The notes: generated from the letters alone by a model not told the origin. DNA of 64,000 nt from Octopus vulgaris (GCA_951406725.2 OX597843.1:7998001-8062000); one strand, 5' to 3'; counted from the stretch's first letter, positions 1 through 14,700 are shown. Translations and numbers: made by a program.

Positions 1-39
1 TATATGTACATCATATATATGGATGTTTCTATATATATG

Positions 40-98
<59 letters not shown>

Positions 99-403
99 GT
101 GTATGTATGTATATATATGTGTATGTATAGATAGATTGATCGATATGAAGTCTGTACATATATGCATATGTAAAGCTATACAGAAATAAATGCGTACACA
201 CAAAGACACACACAGAAACACACACATATACACACACACACACAAACATATACATACACAGACTCACAGACTGATAAATACAGTCACAGATATGTACAGT
301 GTATATGAGTGTACATGCATAACTACAAAAATTATATATATATATATATATATGTACTAGAAAACATCATCATCATCATCATTATCATTATTATTATTAT
401 TAA

Positions 404-491
<88 letters not shown>

Positions 492-797
492 GGAATGTAT
501 GATTTGGTGGATGGGGATGATGCTGATGCTGGTGTCGATAATAGGGAGTGATAAGGAAATGGGGATATTCAGGTGCATTGTAAGGGAACCGAAGAAGGTG
601 AGACAACCAGCAAGACGGGAGGGGGAGGAGAGTGGAGTGATGGGCGGTGGGGTTGCGTGGGATGCACCTATTCTTAACCCCAATACTCTCGTTGAATAAG
701 GGATAATTTTAGGGGTCAGCCTCATGATTCAGAACGCAATTATACATATATGTAAACTTCGTCATATGTTTTATTATTGTTGTTGTTATTGTTGCTA

Positions 798-865
<68 letters not shown>

Positions 866-1009
866 CATTGTTGTTATTCTGACCCAGCAAAGACATATTT
901 TTTACTATCTGTTTATCACATTTTACTGTAATCTTATTATTATCATTATTGTGGTTATTATCATCATCATCATCATCATCATCATCATTATTATAATTAT
1001 TATTACTCA

Positions 1010-1432
1010 GGCGGCGTGTTGGCCGAATCGTTAGCGGTATTTCGGTTGCCGCTACGTTCTGAGTTCAAATGCCGCCTTGGTCGACTTTGCTTTTCATCAT
1101 TTTCGGGGTCGATTAAATAAGTACCAGTTACGCACTGGAGTCGATGTAATCGTCTAGCCTCTTTCCCCCGAAATTTCAGGCCTTGTGCCTACTGCAGGAA
1201 CGATTACTATATTTATTATTGTTGTGGAGGCTCGCTGGCAGAATCGCTGGTACGCCAGGCATGATGCTTAGCAGTGTGTCGTCCGTCTTCACGTTCTCAG
1301 TTCAAAATCCGCCGAAGTTGATTTTGCCTTTCGTCCTTTCCGAATCGAGGAAGTACCAGTTCTCAACTGGGGGTCAATATAATCGAATTCCTCACTTAAA
1401 CGAATTTTCTGGCCTTGTACCAAAATTTCGAA
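1010..1432 (+). mobile_element. Two diverged SINE B-related monomers (also 4473-4650 +, and a faint one at 44560-44655 +)
   Basis: A/B-box head and GTCGACTTTGC..GGGGTCGAT..AAGTACCAGTT core; the 1010-1432 copies end in a different tail (GGCCTTGTRCC). Confidence 0.75.
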
Positions 1433-1502
1433 TTCAACATAAGGGATCGTGTATCACAGAAAGAATTTTTATTTTTTCAAAGTAACAAACAAGATTATGT
1501 TC

Positions 1503-1995
<493 letters not shown>

Positions 1996-2165
1996 TTTAG
2001 AGTGAAATGACTTGATTTTATATTTTCATCTTTATTTTGTAAATAGTGATTTTTTTTTGTCTAAAATCAAAACCGAGCGACAATTCGCCATTTTAACCAA
2101 TCATTTTGCGGTCAGTTAGACGTTAGATTTAACTAACAAACCTATGTGAAAACAACTAACAAAAA

Positions 2166-2577
<412 letters not shown>

Positions 2578-3491
2578 GTGAAAACAATCAATGAAACCAG
2601 AAAAGAAATTGTGTGTGGCGGGGTGGATAATTTCGAAGGTATAGATGGAAGTGGGGCGGGTGGAAAACGGGTGAGTTTGTCGAAAGTAGAAAGGGGGAAG
2701 AAAAATAATGAAATCGGGTACGGGGACGGAGATCGGTACGAGGGGCGATGGTGGGTTTTTGTGAGATCAACGTTTAAAAAAGAGAGAGAGAGAGAAGTAC
2801 TAGTGGGGTGTTGGTCGGGGTGGATGAGGTAAACAATGCTCAAAATAAATATTGAACTATAAACATCGATCTGCCATTTTGAGTGAATAAACAGAGAGTG
2901 ATGTTTATGTAATCGATACCCGTTTATGCCTGATTGGGTAAACGTTGTAATGTGTGTGTGTCTGTGTGTGTATCGTGTGAGGGCTGGGTGAAGGGTAAGC
3001 GCTGAGTGATAATGTAGTAGCGGTAGTGAGGGGGTGATGGTGGTGGTAGCAGTGGTGGTGGTGGTGGTGGTGGTGGGAGTGCTGGTGTTTCGGTGGTGGT
3101 TGTTTTCATGGTGGTCGAGATTGTAGTATTGGCAGTAGCTGTGGTGGTGGTCGTCGTCGTGGTTGTGCTGATGGTATTCGTGAGTGTAGTGGTGGTGGTC
3201 GTTATGGTACTAGTAGTAGTGGGGGTTGTACAGCTCTTATGGTGAGGGTGGAGGTCATAGTTGCGTGCTCATTGGTGGTGGTAGTTGAAGAGCTTACCAT
3301 GCTGGTGTTTCGGCGATGGTGTTAATGCTTGTCTTGACTATAGTGGCAGTGGTAGGTGTGGTGGAGATGGCGATGGTGGTTGTAGTTGTTGATAGTTATT
3401 TTTTTCTACTTGTTGGCTTTTTGTTTTGACATTCTTCATGTGTTTTTTTTTCTGGTGTTATTAACGTTGTGCAAGCTGTTCTTTCTGCAAC

Positions 3492-3739
3492 CGTCGTCGT
3501 CATCATCAACATCACCATCACCATCACCATCACAATCACCATCACAATCACCATCACAATCACCACCACCACCACCACCACCACCACCACCATCACCATC
3601 ACCATCACCACCACCACCACCACCATCACCATCACCATCACCACCACCACCACCATCATCACCATCACCATCACCATCATCATCATTATCATTATTATTA
3701 TCATTATTATTATCGTTATTTTTATCATTATTATTATTA

Positions 3740-3785
<46 letters not shown>

Positions 3786-3793
3786 CATCATCA

Positions 3794-3864
<71 letters not shown>
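3492..3864. repeat. Compound (CAC/CAT/ATT)n microsatellite
   Basis: Direct reading. Confidence 0.95.
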
Positions 3865-4420
3865 GAGTGAGAGAGCAGTGCATGACATCAAAGTGACACT
3901 GGGGTAAAATATACGAAGCCCAGTATACCCATCATGAATACCCGTCTGATAACGGTACACCAGGCACATGCATCACAACTATATGTGTGCGACATGGTGA
4001 TCTCATATCAAGATAAACAGCACATGACCTTGCAGGTGGGGCCCCAGTTAGAATTTGCTTCAGGTTGAGTAGCCCATCCCGCTCAAAAGGTCCCTGAATA
4101 AGGGTTGTTTAAGGATGTTGAACGAACCACACATGTTTCCAGAAGTGAATTATTCAAACCCCAAAGAATCCCTCTCAACACACAGCTATGATGCTCCCCC
4201 ACTACTTCTGCTCGTGATCAGAGATGCACATATCGTCAACCACTAAGGGACATGCTCAACTGGTTATGGTCAAACAACTGACAAGCAAATCTGTGGTATT
4301 GAGCAGAATATTTTCCTGTAGTCCATCTTTTATACCAAGACAAAACAATGAACATGATAACACTTCCAATCAGTTAAGATCAGAAGCCATGAGAGCCACT
4401 GCCTGGTCCTGCATCAGGGC

Positions 4421-4422
<2 letters not shown>
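3865..4422 (-). mobile_element. Interspersed ~560-bp non-coding repeat embedded in (TAA)n (possible R4/Dong-type non-autonomous retroelement)
   Basis: Flanked by (ATT)n on both sides; homologous to 43261-43646, with the same boundary at (ATT)n|GAGTGA. Confidence 0.65.
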
Positions 4423-4472
<50 letters not shown>

Positions 4473-4650
4473 TAGCACGTCGGACGAAATGCTTAGCGGT
4501 GTTTCGTCTGCCGTTACGTTGTGAGTTCAAATTCCGGCGAGGTCGACTTTGCCTTTCACCCATACGGGGTCGATAAATTAAGTACCAATAACGCACTGGG
4601 GTCGATGTAATCCATTTAATCCTTGTGTCTGTCCTTGTTTGTCCCCTCTA

Positions 4651-4731
<81 letters not shown>

Positions 4732-5435
4732 CTGTTCTTCAGGGAAATGTAATAAAACTCGTCAATAAGAAATTTTAACAGAATCTGACAGATATGTATA
4801 GTGATGAACTGAACGCTAATACCATTAACCCCCTAGAAATATTAATAACAAGGTTATTGTCTCTGAAGTCAATTCCAGCAAAATTAAGTTTATGTAAAGT
4901 AACTCTAAAATAAAAAATTCTATATACCAGTGTAAGATTACTTCAGGTATCGATGTCTTTTTTATATAGGTAGCTCCTCTTAGTTATCTAAAAGAATTTC
5001 TAATCATTACTCTACATTTAGGGATAGGAATAAACGTAACAGTACAGGGCTTAGTAAATTAATTTGGTATCTAAAAGACCATAGCCGCCCAAGGGATAAA
5101 TCATTTCTTTCCCCTCTTACAGTCCACAAATAGTTGGCCTACGGGATCTAACTCGTCCTCACTAACGCGCCGGAATATTTATTCATTTTCTTTTTTGATG
5201 ACTAAATGAAAAATGGCCGTAACGGACTTCTACCTCCCAGAAGTGAAGAGTATGTATGTATGTATGTATGTATGTATGTATGTATGTATGTATGGATGGA
5301 TGCATGTATGTATGTATGTATGTATGTATGTATGTATGTATGTATATGTGTGTGTGTGTATGTATGTATATGTATATATATGTATATATATGTATGTATA
5401 TGTATATGTATATATATATATATGTATCCATGATA

Positions 5436-5625
5436 GACCGTTAGCTCCTACACGCATTTTTTTCTCTCCGTGTTTCTTTTCTGTGTATCTTTCTGTCAAA
5501 GAGCGTAGGCTCGAAACGTAAAGACTTGTTCTATTTCTATTCTTGAGCGCTATACTGATACAATTGTTTGTTTGTACTCCACCTGCCATCGTATTTTGTT
5601 TATTTTCGTAAACCCTCCCGTTATA
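5436..5625 (+). mobile_element. Second copy of the family H5 repeat, with degenerate hammerhead at 5488-5524
   Basis: Homologous to ~33292-33440; TCTTT-CTGTCAA-A-GAGCGTAGGCTC-GAAA-CGTA-AAGA; ends in (TA)n. Confidence 0.6.
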
Positions 5626-5643
5626 TATATATATGTATGTATA

Positions 5644-5710
<67 letters not shown>

Positions 5711-5723
5711 GCATATATATGTC

Positions 5724-5759
<36 letters not shown>

Positions 5760-5760
<1 letters not shown>

Positions 5761-5880
5761 CTACCAAATCCACTCACAAAGCTTCGGTGGGCCCGAGGCT
5801 ATAATGGAAGACACCTGCCCAAGGTGCCACGCAGTGGGACCGAACCCGGAACTATGTAGTTGGGAAGCTTGTTACCACAC
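5760..5880 (-). mobile_element. SINE A head fragment (other fragments: 6408-6465 +, 10952-11028 -, 26400-26455 +, 34999-35046 +, 38749-38877 +, 47375-47512 -, 49653-49702 -)
   Basis: Local matches to the SINE A consensus seen in this window. Confidence 0.75.
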
Positions 5881-6279
5881 ACACACACACATACACACAC
5901 ACACAGAAGAACCGAGGAGCCTTACACCTGAGTTGTCACTGAAATCTAATTACATTTTCAAAAGCCTTTCCTCACAGGTGTACTGATTCATGTTTCTCTT
6001 CGTTTTCTTCCCTTTTTAACGTTTTTTTTCCGGTATTTAAACGATTTTCTTTATATGTTGTGTTTATTCTTTATTTAATTATTTTATAACTTTTTTGCTT
6101 TTTTTCCTTGTTGTTGTTTTGTTTATTTCTTTGTTTTTGCTTTTTTTTTTGCTTTTCTTTTGGTTCATTTTCTTTTTTTTTTTTTGGTTGTTAAAACATC
6201 GGTGTTCCGCAGCCGATGCGACGTGTGGGTGAATATATCTTTCTGAACGTCTGTCTGCGCATGTGCATGTATGTGTATG

Positions 6280-6323
<44 letters not shown>

Positions 6324-6462
6324 ATCTATTTTGTATGCGATTATGCTGGCTTTAGGTAATTTGTAAACCTGTGTGTCTATATGTGTGTGTAAATTTATGC
6401 GTATGTAGGCGTAGGAGTGGCTGTGTGGTAAGTAGCTTACTTACGAACCACATGGTTCCGGG

Positions 6463-7060
6463 TTCTTTACTACCCACGAGGGGCTAAACACAGAGAAGAC
6501 AAACAAGGACAGACAAAGGAATTAAGTCGATAACATCGATCCCAGTGCGTAACTGGTACTTAATTTATCGACCCCGAAATGATGAAAGGCAAAGTCGACC
6601 TCGGCGGAATTTGAACTCGGAACGTAGCGGCAGACGAAATACCTCTTTCTTTACTACCCACAAGGGGCTAAACACAGAGAGGACAAACAAGGACAGACAA
6701 AGGAATTAAGTCGATAACATCGATCCCAGTGCGTAACTGGTACTTAATTTAATCGACCCCGAAAGGATGAAAGGCAAAGTCGACCTCGGCGGAATTTGAA
6801 CTCAGAACGTAGCGGCAGACGAAATACCTATTTCTTCACTACCCACGAGGGGCTAAACACAGAGGGGACAAACAAGGACAGACGAACGGATTAAGTCGAT
6901 TATATCGACCCCAGTGCGTAACTGGTCCTTAATTTAATCGACCCCGAAAGGATGAAAGGCAAAGTCGACCTCGGTGGATTTTGAACTCAGAACGTAACGG
7001 CTGACGAAATACTGCGAAGCATTTCGCCCGGCGTGCTAACGATTCTGCCAGCTCACCGCC
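6463..7060 (-). mobile_element. tRNA-derived SINE family B, one head plus three tandem ~184-bp bodies
   Basis: Head GGCGGTGAGCTGGCAGAATCGTTAG, B box GAGTTCAAA, core GCCTTTCATCCTTTCGGGGTCGAT; units at 6463, 6646 and 6831. Confidence 0.9.
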
Positions 7061-7581
7061 TTAATATCAGTAACAATAGCTGTGACGTTGTTCATGGTGG
7101 TGGTCGTCGTTGTAATAGTAGTGGTGGTACTGACCCTAAGTGTGATTATAAATAAAAAATCTTTTATCATAACAATCGATGAGTGATTAATGTCCACCGT
7201 TGTTCTTGTTTTCCGCGGATTAATCGGTGCTGCACTTTTTTCTGACACATCGCCATTTTACATGGTCGTGTGCGCGCATACGGACGTACATCCAATCCAT
7301 ACTCTATGTATCTATGTTGATATAATTGTGTATGTAAATATATATATTTATATATATTTACGGATGACCTCGTGTGTACCGTTGGCGATTTTTTTCCTCT
7401 GTCTTCCCTTCTCTGGATCTTTCCTTCTCTTATGTTTCCGATGGATAGATAGGTTTGATTGCGTTCGTACCAGTGTAAAAAGTATGCTATTGCGTATGTT
7501 CGTTGATATTATTCTATGTATATACATAAATCCGTGTGTGTTTATATATAAATATATGATATAATATACATTGGTATAGTG

Positions 7582-7639
<58 letters not shown>

Positions 7640-7675
7640 AATTAAAGGAGTACCTGATTTATACACACACACACG

Positions 7676-7712
<37 letters not shown>

Positions 7713-7874
7713 GGTTAGTGTTTGTGTTAGTGTATGGATATATGTATATATATTTACACCTATGGGTATAAATATGTATACATAATATATTTTTCTGTGC
7801 CTCTGTGCGGTTGTATATCTGCATCTATTGTATACGCACTTTCAATTTATATGTATACAAATGTATGCGTTTAT

Positions 7875-7932
<58 letters not shown>

Positions 7933-8195
7933 ATATATATGTATGCATGTATACATCTATATGTATATATATGTGTGTCTATATATGTGTATATACATAT
8001 ATGTATATATATATGTGTATATATATTATGTATATATGTATATATGTATGTATATATATTGTGTATATATGTATATATGTATATGCATCTGTATATATAT
8101 GCACATATATATAATTGTATATATATATGCATATATGTATATATGTATATATATGTGTGTGTATTTATATATATTTGTATATATATTTATATATA

Positions 8196-8270
<75 letters not shown>

Positions 8271-8305
8271 ATGTGTGTGTGTGTATATATACACACGTAT
8301 GTGCG

Positions 8306-8344
<39 letters not shown>

Positions 8345-8727
8345 GTATATACACTTGCGTTATCCTTTTTTCCTTACTCTAAAAACACTCTTTGTATTCA
8401 TCCTTGTTTGAAAACGCAGGTGCATGATGGCGCGCGCGCAGGACGTGATCTGCGCACGCGCCGTAATTAGCCCGGCACGTGGCTGTTTAGTCAACAGACA
8501 CACTTTTCCATATAATATATATTCGTATCCAGCCAGGGATGTTGGAAATGTTGGCGAGCTTCTGAGCCACTTAAAATTTGCTATTGCATACACACACGCG
8601 CCCATCGGTACTCACACCACCCCACACACACACCACACATACGCATGCGTGGATTCATAGTGACTTCCACGTACATACCCATATCGGAGTATTTACAAAC
8701 ACACTTATAACACAAATACACAGGAAA

Positions 8728-8785
<58 letters not shown>

Positions 8786-8813
8786 TACACACACACGTAT
8801 ATTAATACAAAGG

Positions 8814-8882
<69 letters not shown>

Positions 8883-9053
8883 TATGCATACATATACATA
8901 CATCCATCCATATATATACCCCTACATATATTTATATACATATATATATATACATATATATATATATACATACATATACATACATACATCCATATATATA
9001 CGCACACATACATATATATAGACACAAACATATATACATATATATATATATAT

Positions 9054-9261
9054 TCTCTTTACTCTTTACTTTTTTACTTATTTCGGTCATTTGACTGCGG
9101 CCATGCTGAAGCACCGCCTTTAGTCGAGCAAATCGACCCTAGGACTTATTCTTTGTAAGCCCAGTACTTATTCTATCTGTCTCTTTTGCCGAACCGCTAA
9201 GTGACGGGGACGTAAACACACCAGCATCGGTTTTCAAGCAATGCTAGGGGGACAAACACAG

Positions 9262-9302
<41 letters not shown>

Positions 9303-9487
9303 TATACATATATATACATATATACGACAGGCTTCTTTCAGTTTCCGTCTACCAAATCCACTCACAAGGCATTGGTCGGCCCGGGGCTATAGCAGAAGAC
9401 ACTTGCCCAAGATGCCACGCAGTGGGACTGAACCCGGAACCATGTGGTTGGTTAGCAAGCTACTTACCACACAGCCACTCCTGCGCC
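9054..9487 (-). mobile_element. tRNA-derived SINE family A, full length
   Basis: Head GGCGCAGGAGTGGCTGTGTGG (A box) and GGTTCAGTCC (B box), CTTGGGCAAG core, internal (TA)n/(TG)n, tail CCAGCATGGCCGCAGTCAAATGAC + (GTAAAAGA)-like repeats. Confidence 0.9.
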
Positions 9488-9910
9488 AATATATATATAC
9501 ATGCATATACAAACATACTGACACACACACACACACACACACACATAAATATATAATGACATTTTACTGTTTTTTAAAAATTTAACAGAAATATATATAA
9601 ATATATTCATATATATATATTTGCGTATATATATATATATATATACACATACATATAGGTACGTATGTACATTTATGCACATAAACCTCTACGAATGCAC
9701 GATATATGCGTGTACATACATATATATATATATATATATAACGTATGTATACTTGTTTATTATTACTAAGCATTCCTGTGTATAGTATATATGTATTCAT
9801 ATATACACATATTTATCTTTCTTCTATCTTTTTCTTTGTGTTTTGTAGAATGTACACGCGCGTGCATTTGTCTGTCAGTCTATCTCTCTGTCTGTATATA
9901 TGTCTGTACG

Positions 9911-9961
<51 letters not shown>

Positions 9962-10014
9962 GCGTAAGCATTTGCTTATATAATTTCAAGGGTGTGTGTA
10001 TGTATATGTACATC

Positions 10015-10095
<81 letters not shown>

Positions 10096-10537
10096 CTTAT
10101 AAGTTAGGGCTAAAGAAAATTATTTCAAAGCCAATATGCTGATAACAGACTATTAAGTCGTCAATTTCCACATATAATCTGCTCGCTACGGCAAAAATCG
10201 AAGACCTGAAGTCGGGCAAGCTGGCCGTTAGAATCTTTAAAATTCGTTATCTCTCTATTGAATCAATTCCGGAATTAATCTCATAAAAGACTTATTCCTC
10301 TTCAGTAGAGCTTACGAGAGAATATAAATAAGATACTTACATGCGCCCATGGAAAAAGCCGAGGCAAAGAACATGCGTACATTTAAGTACCCCAGTTATA
10401 TCTAAATATATATATATATATATATATGGAGAGAGAGAGAGATTCAAATGAATACGGTACTTAAGTTGAGGCACCAGAATTTAGTACCGTATTATCCATA
10501 CAATTTCAAAATAAGTAACAAGGATATCCAGAGGTAA

Positions 10538-10624
10538 TGCAGTACGATCGTTTCATGCAGCTCCATTTAATTGAACAATGAAATCATTACATCACTTTAA
10601 AATGTTGGGCAATCTTCAGCTGCA
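10538..10624 (-). ncRNA. Type-I hammerhead ribozyme, canonical core (family H1, left arm of an inverted repeat)
   Basis: Minus strand reads UGCAG-CUGAAGA-[UUGC...GCAU, long stem II]-GAAA-CGAUCG-UA-CUGCA. Stem I is UGCAG/CUGCA, stem III is the palindrome ACGAUCGU, triplet GUA. Confidence 0.8.
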
Positions 10625-10698
10625 GAAAGACATAGAATTTTAGGTATAATTATACAAATATGTCCATCCGTTCTAATTTAATAAAGTTATATGACTTT

Positions 10699-10788
10699 GT
10701 GCAGCTGAAGATTGCTCTACATTTTAAAACTGATCTAATGTTTGCATTGTTCAATTAAATGGAGTTGCATGAAGCGATTGTACTACAC
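10699..10788 (+). ncRNA. Degenerate hammerhead copy (family H1, right arm)
   Basis: GTGCAG-CTGAAGA-...-GAAG-CGATTG-TA-CTACAC; GAAA changed to GAAG, with mismatches in stems I and III. Confidence 0.6.
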
Positions 10789-10883
10789 TACCTTTGGATA
10801 TCCTTGTTGCTTATTTTGATAAGATGACATAATATAATGTCTAAGTTGATGAACCACCTATTGATCCCTCCATTTTCTTATTG

Positions 10884-10915
<32 letters not shown>

Positions 10916-11029
10916 GTATATATATATATATATATAGTATACATACATATATACGACGGGCTTCTTTCACTTCCGTCTACCAAATCCACTCACAAGGCTT
11001 TGGTCGGCCCGAGGCTATAGTGGAAGACA

Positions 11030-11065
<36 letters not shown>

Positions 11066-11250
11066 TGTATGTATGTATGTATGTATGTATGTATGTATGT
11101 ATGTATGCACAAATATAAGAGAGTGTATAAATTTTTATTGTATCCCTGGTTTTTATGCGCTAAGCCACTTGGTGTTAAATTGATGGTAATATTAAATTAA
11201 TATCCAATTTTTTCACCCTTATTTTTGATTTATGTATGTATGCATGTATT

Positions 11251-11283
<33 letters not shown>

Positions 11284-11482
11284 ATAAGCCAGTAAAGGAG
11301 ACCTCTTCATTAAAGGGAGATTTTTCTGCGATTTCTATAGGGTCTAAAGATTAAGTAGTCGTCTCCCTGATTGGCTAGCTGCGTTTGCTATTTGGGGGCA
11401 GTGATTCTGCAGGATCTTGGTGATATCAGGCTGGGATGGCAGGGCTGGAACGGCGATGGTTACGGAACACAACCTACAACAC

Positions 11483-11527
<45 letters not shown>

Positions 11528-11571
11528 CATGATTATTATTATTATTATTAGTAGTAGTAGTAGTAGTAGTG

Positions 11572-11605
<34 letters not shown>

Positions 11606-12009
11606 AAGTAGTAGCGGTGGTGGTTGTAGTAGTGAGGAGTGTGTGAGAGTGAAGAGAGATTGAAGTGGAACGGCGAGGAGGATGGTGGGTCCTTTCTACA
11701 GGAGACGAACGAGCAAATGTGGAAGTCAGGGTGGGTCCGGGTGGTGTGGCCGCGGGGGGTGGGGGGTGAGAGAAATGTTGGGATGGAGGATGTAAGGGGT
11801 CGGTGGGTGGAGGTGCTTCAGTCAGGTGATTAGAATTAATTGTCTCTTTTATTATATATTCTCCTGCTTTTGTTTGTGTACACCCAATAAACACATGTAT
11901 GTATGTATGTATGTATGTATGTATGTATATATACATGTGTGTGTGCATGCATATACACTATATTTACGTATGTATGTCTAATCTCTCTCTCTCTCTCTCT
12001 TTCTTTCCC

Positions 12010-12080
<71 letters not shown>

Positions 12081-12188
12081 TGAATGTTGTTTATGTGTCT
12101 GTCTTCTCTCTCTCCCTCCCATAAATAAATATGTATACACATACATATATGCACACATACATACATACATACATACATATATACATGC

Positions 12189-12271
<83 letters not shown>

Positions 12272-12334
12272 AATAGAAATATTAAACACGTGCTACATCT
12301 ACGCACCCAAATCGGGATAGACACACAACCCCAT

Positions 12335-12375
<41 letters not shown>

Positions 12376-12559
12376 CTATATACACAGACACATATACACT
12401 GTTATAGATGAGATTATAAACAAACGTGTGTGTATGTATAGAAATATCAATATACACATATATGCATAAATACATGTCCTATAACATGCGTATTCACACA
12501 TACACACATGCACACACATATACACTCACGCACGCATATATACACACATGTATAGACAC

Positions 12560-12795
12560 GTCCCTAATCGCCATATAGCCGCACGTGCCAAAGCTGGATA
12601 GAGAAGTGTGTTTAATGCATATAAATGCACGTAACAGCGCCGGCACGTGCCAGGGCTGGCGCGGTGTGGGCGCTGCGGCGCTGACTGCCAGAGCAGTGGA
12701 GGGCAAGGGTGGAGAGGCAAGACTCGGTTGCATTGTTTTGTGTGTTTAAACAAATACAAGCACTCACTGAACAGACACGTATGCGCGAAGTCTGT
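12560..12795. promoter_or_regulatory. GC/CpG-rich unique island with paired GCACGTGCCA E-boxes (candidate enhancer or promoter)
   Basis: GCACGTGCCA at 12581 and GGCACGTGCCA at 12642; TGTTTAAACAAA at ~12743. Confidence 0.4.
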
Positions 12796-12882
12796 GCTTA
12801 TGTGTGTGTGCGTGTGTGTGTGTGTGTGTGTGAGCGTATATATATATATATATATACATGTATATATATATATATAAGTGTG

Positions 12883-12921
<39 letters not shown>

Positions 12922-13329
12922 GTATGTATGTATATATATATATATATACACACACGTATATGCACACACATATATATACACATACATATATAAACACACT
13001 TACATGTATACATATATATATATATTCACACACACACATATGCACACACATATATATACACATACACACTTACACATACATACATACATATATGTGTGTG
13101 TATTCATTTGTTTATATATATAAACACAAATATATATACATATATACACACGCACAAGCACACATAATTACACACAAACACACACACACATATATATATA
13201 CATACATGTTTGTCACTGAGTGTGTGTATGTTTATATATATATGTGTGTGTGTGTGTCTGTGTGTGTGGACGCAAATATATATATATATGTAATTAAATG
13301 TTCATGTGTGTGTGTGTATGCCACATAAT

Positions 13330-14406
13330 TACACACATATACACATACATCATCTAAATACATACATATATATCAATGTATAAATACACATATAGACACA
13401 CTATACACACACTCACATACATACACAGATACACATACACACAGAGACACGTATACACACGCACACAATCACTTGCACGTACATACACACACAGTTCCTG
13501 TTAATACATTATGGTTAAACATATGCTCACACATATACACTCATATATACATATACACACACATACACACACGCTCACATACACACTCATGTAGTCATAG
13601 ATACACACTCACGCACATACACACACTCACGCAGACACATGTACGCATATACACATACACACACTCACATATTCATAGGTTTACACACATAGACACACGC
13701 ACACACACTCATAAGGACACATATGCACATATACACATATTCACGCAATCAAAGATACCCACGCTTGCGGACACACATACACACACACATACACACACAT
13801 ACACATACACACACATACACACACATACACACACATACACATACACACACACACACACATCCATAAATTATGACAAAGTAGAATGGCGTACGCATTCTAA
13901 ACACATTAAGACACACACACACACATACATATACTCACACACTCTCCCACACACATGCATGCAAATACACACACAACATACACACACACTCTCACACACT
14001 CACACAAACACACACACACACACTCTCACACACTCACACACACACTCTCAGGTACTCACACACACACACTCTTACACACTCTCACACACACTCACACACA
14101 CACACACACGCTCTCACACAGACACACACACTCTCACACATTTATACACACACGCACTCACACACACAAACTCTCACGCACTCACACACATACTCTCAGG
14201 TACTCACACACACACTCTTACACACACACACACTCACACACACACACACTCACACACACACACACACTGTCACACACTCACACACAGACACTCACACACA
14301 CACATTCTCACACTCTCACACACTCACACACACACACTCACACTCAGTCACACACACACTCTCACACATACACACACGCACACTCACACACACACACACA
14401 CACACA

Positions 14407-14447
<41 letters not shown>

Positions 14448-14700
14448 TCACACGCACACACACACTGTCACACACTCACACACAGACACTCACACACACA
14501 CATTCTCACACTCTCACGCACTCACACACACACACTCACACTCAGTCACACACACACTCTCACACATACACACACGCACTCACACACACACACACTCACA
14601 CTCAGTCACACACACACACACACACACTCACACACACACGCACTCACACACACGCTTTCACTCACTCACTCTCACACTCTCACCCACACACACGTGCGCA
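13330..14700. repeat. Long cryptic (CA)n tract with internal higher-order duplications
   Basis: Block CTGTCACACACTCACACACAGACACTC recurs at ~14267 and ~14465. Confidence 0.9.

Larger units (their letters stand above)
10506..10819. mobile_element. Inverted pair of ~125-bp hammerhead-bearing repeats (Penelope pLTR-like)
   Basis: Arms 10506-10634 and 10690-10819 are diverged reverse complements, with a ~55-bp spacer. Confidence 0.7.

Noticed and set aside
6197-6218. CATCGG...CCGATG hairpin next to T-runs as a terminator or miRNA
   Set aside because: Only a 6-bp stem, too short for a pre-miRNA; bacterial-type terminators do not apply here.
6463-7060. SINE B tandem units as hammerhead retrozymes or a CRISPR-like array
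   Set aside because: CTGACGA occurs in only a minority of units, without the required stems; the units are whole-body repeats with no unique spacers; the context is eukaryotic.
10253-10310. Additional minus-strand hammerhead (CUCUA-CUGAAGA-GGAAU...AUUCC-GGAA...UAGAG)
   Set aside because: Stems I and II and the first core segment fit, but GAAA and the UH site do not; possibly a decayed member, not counted.
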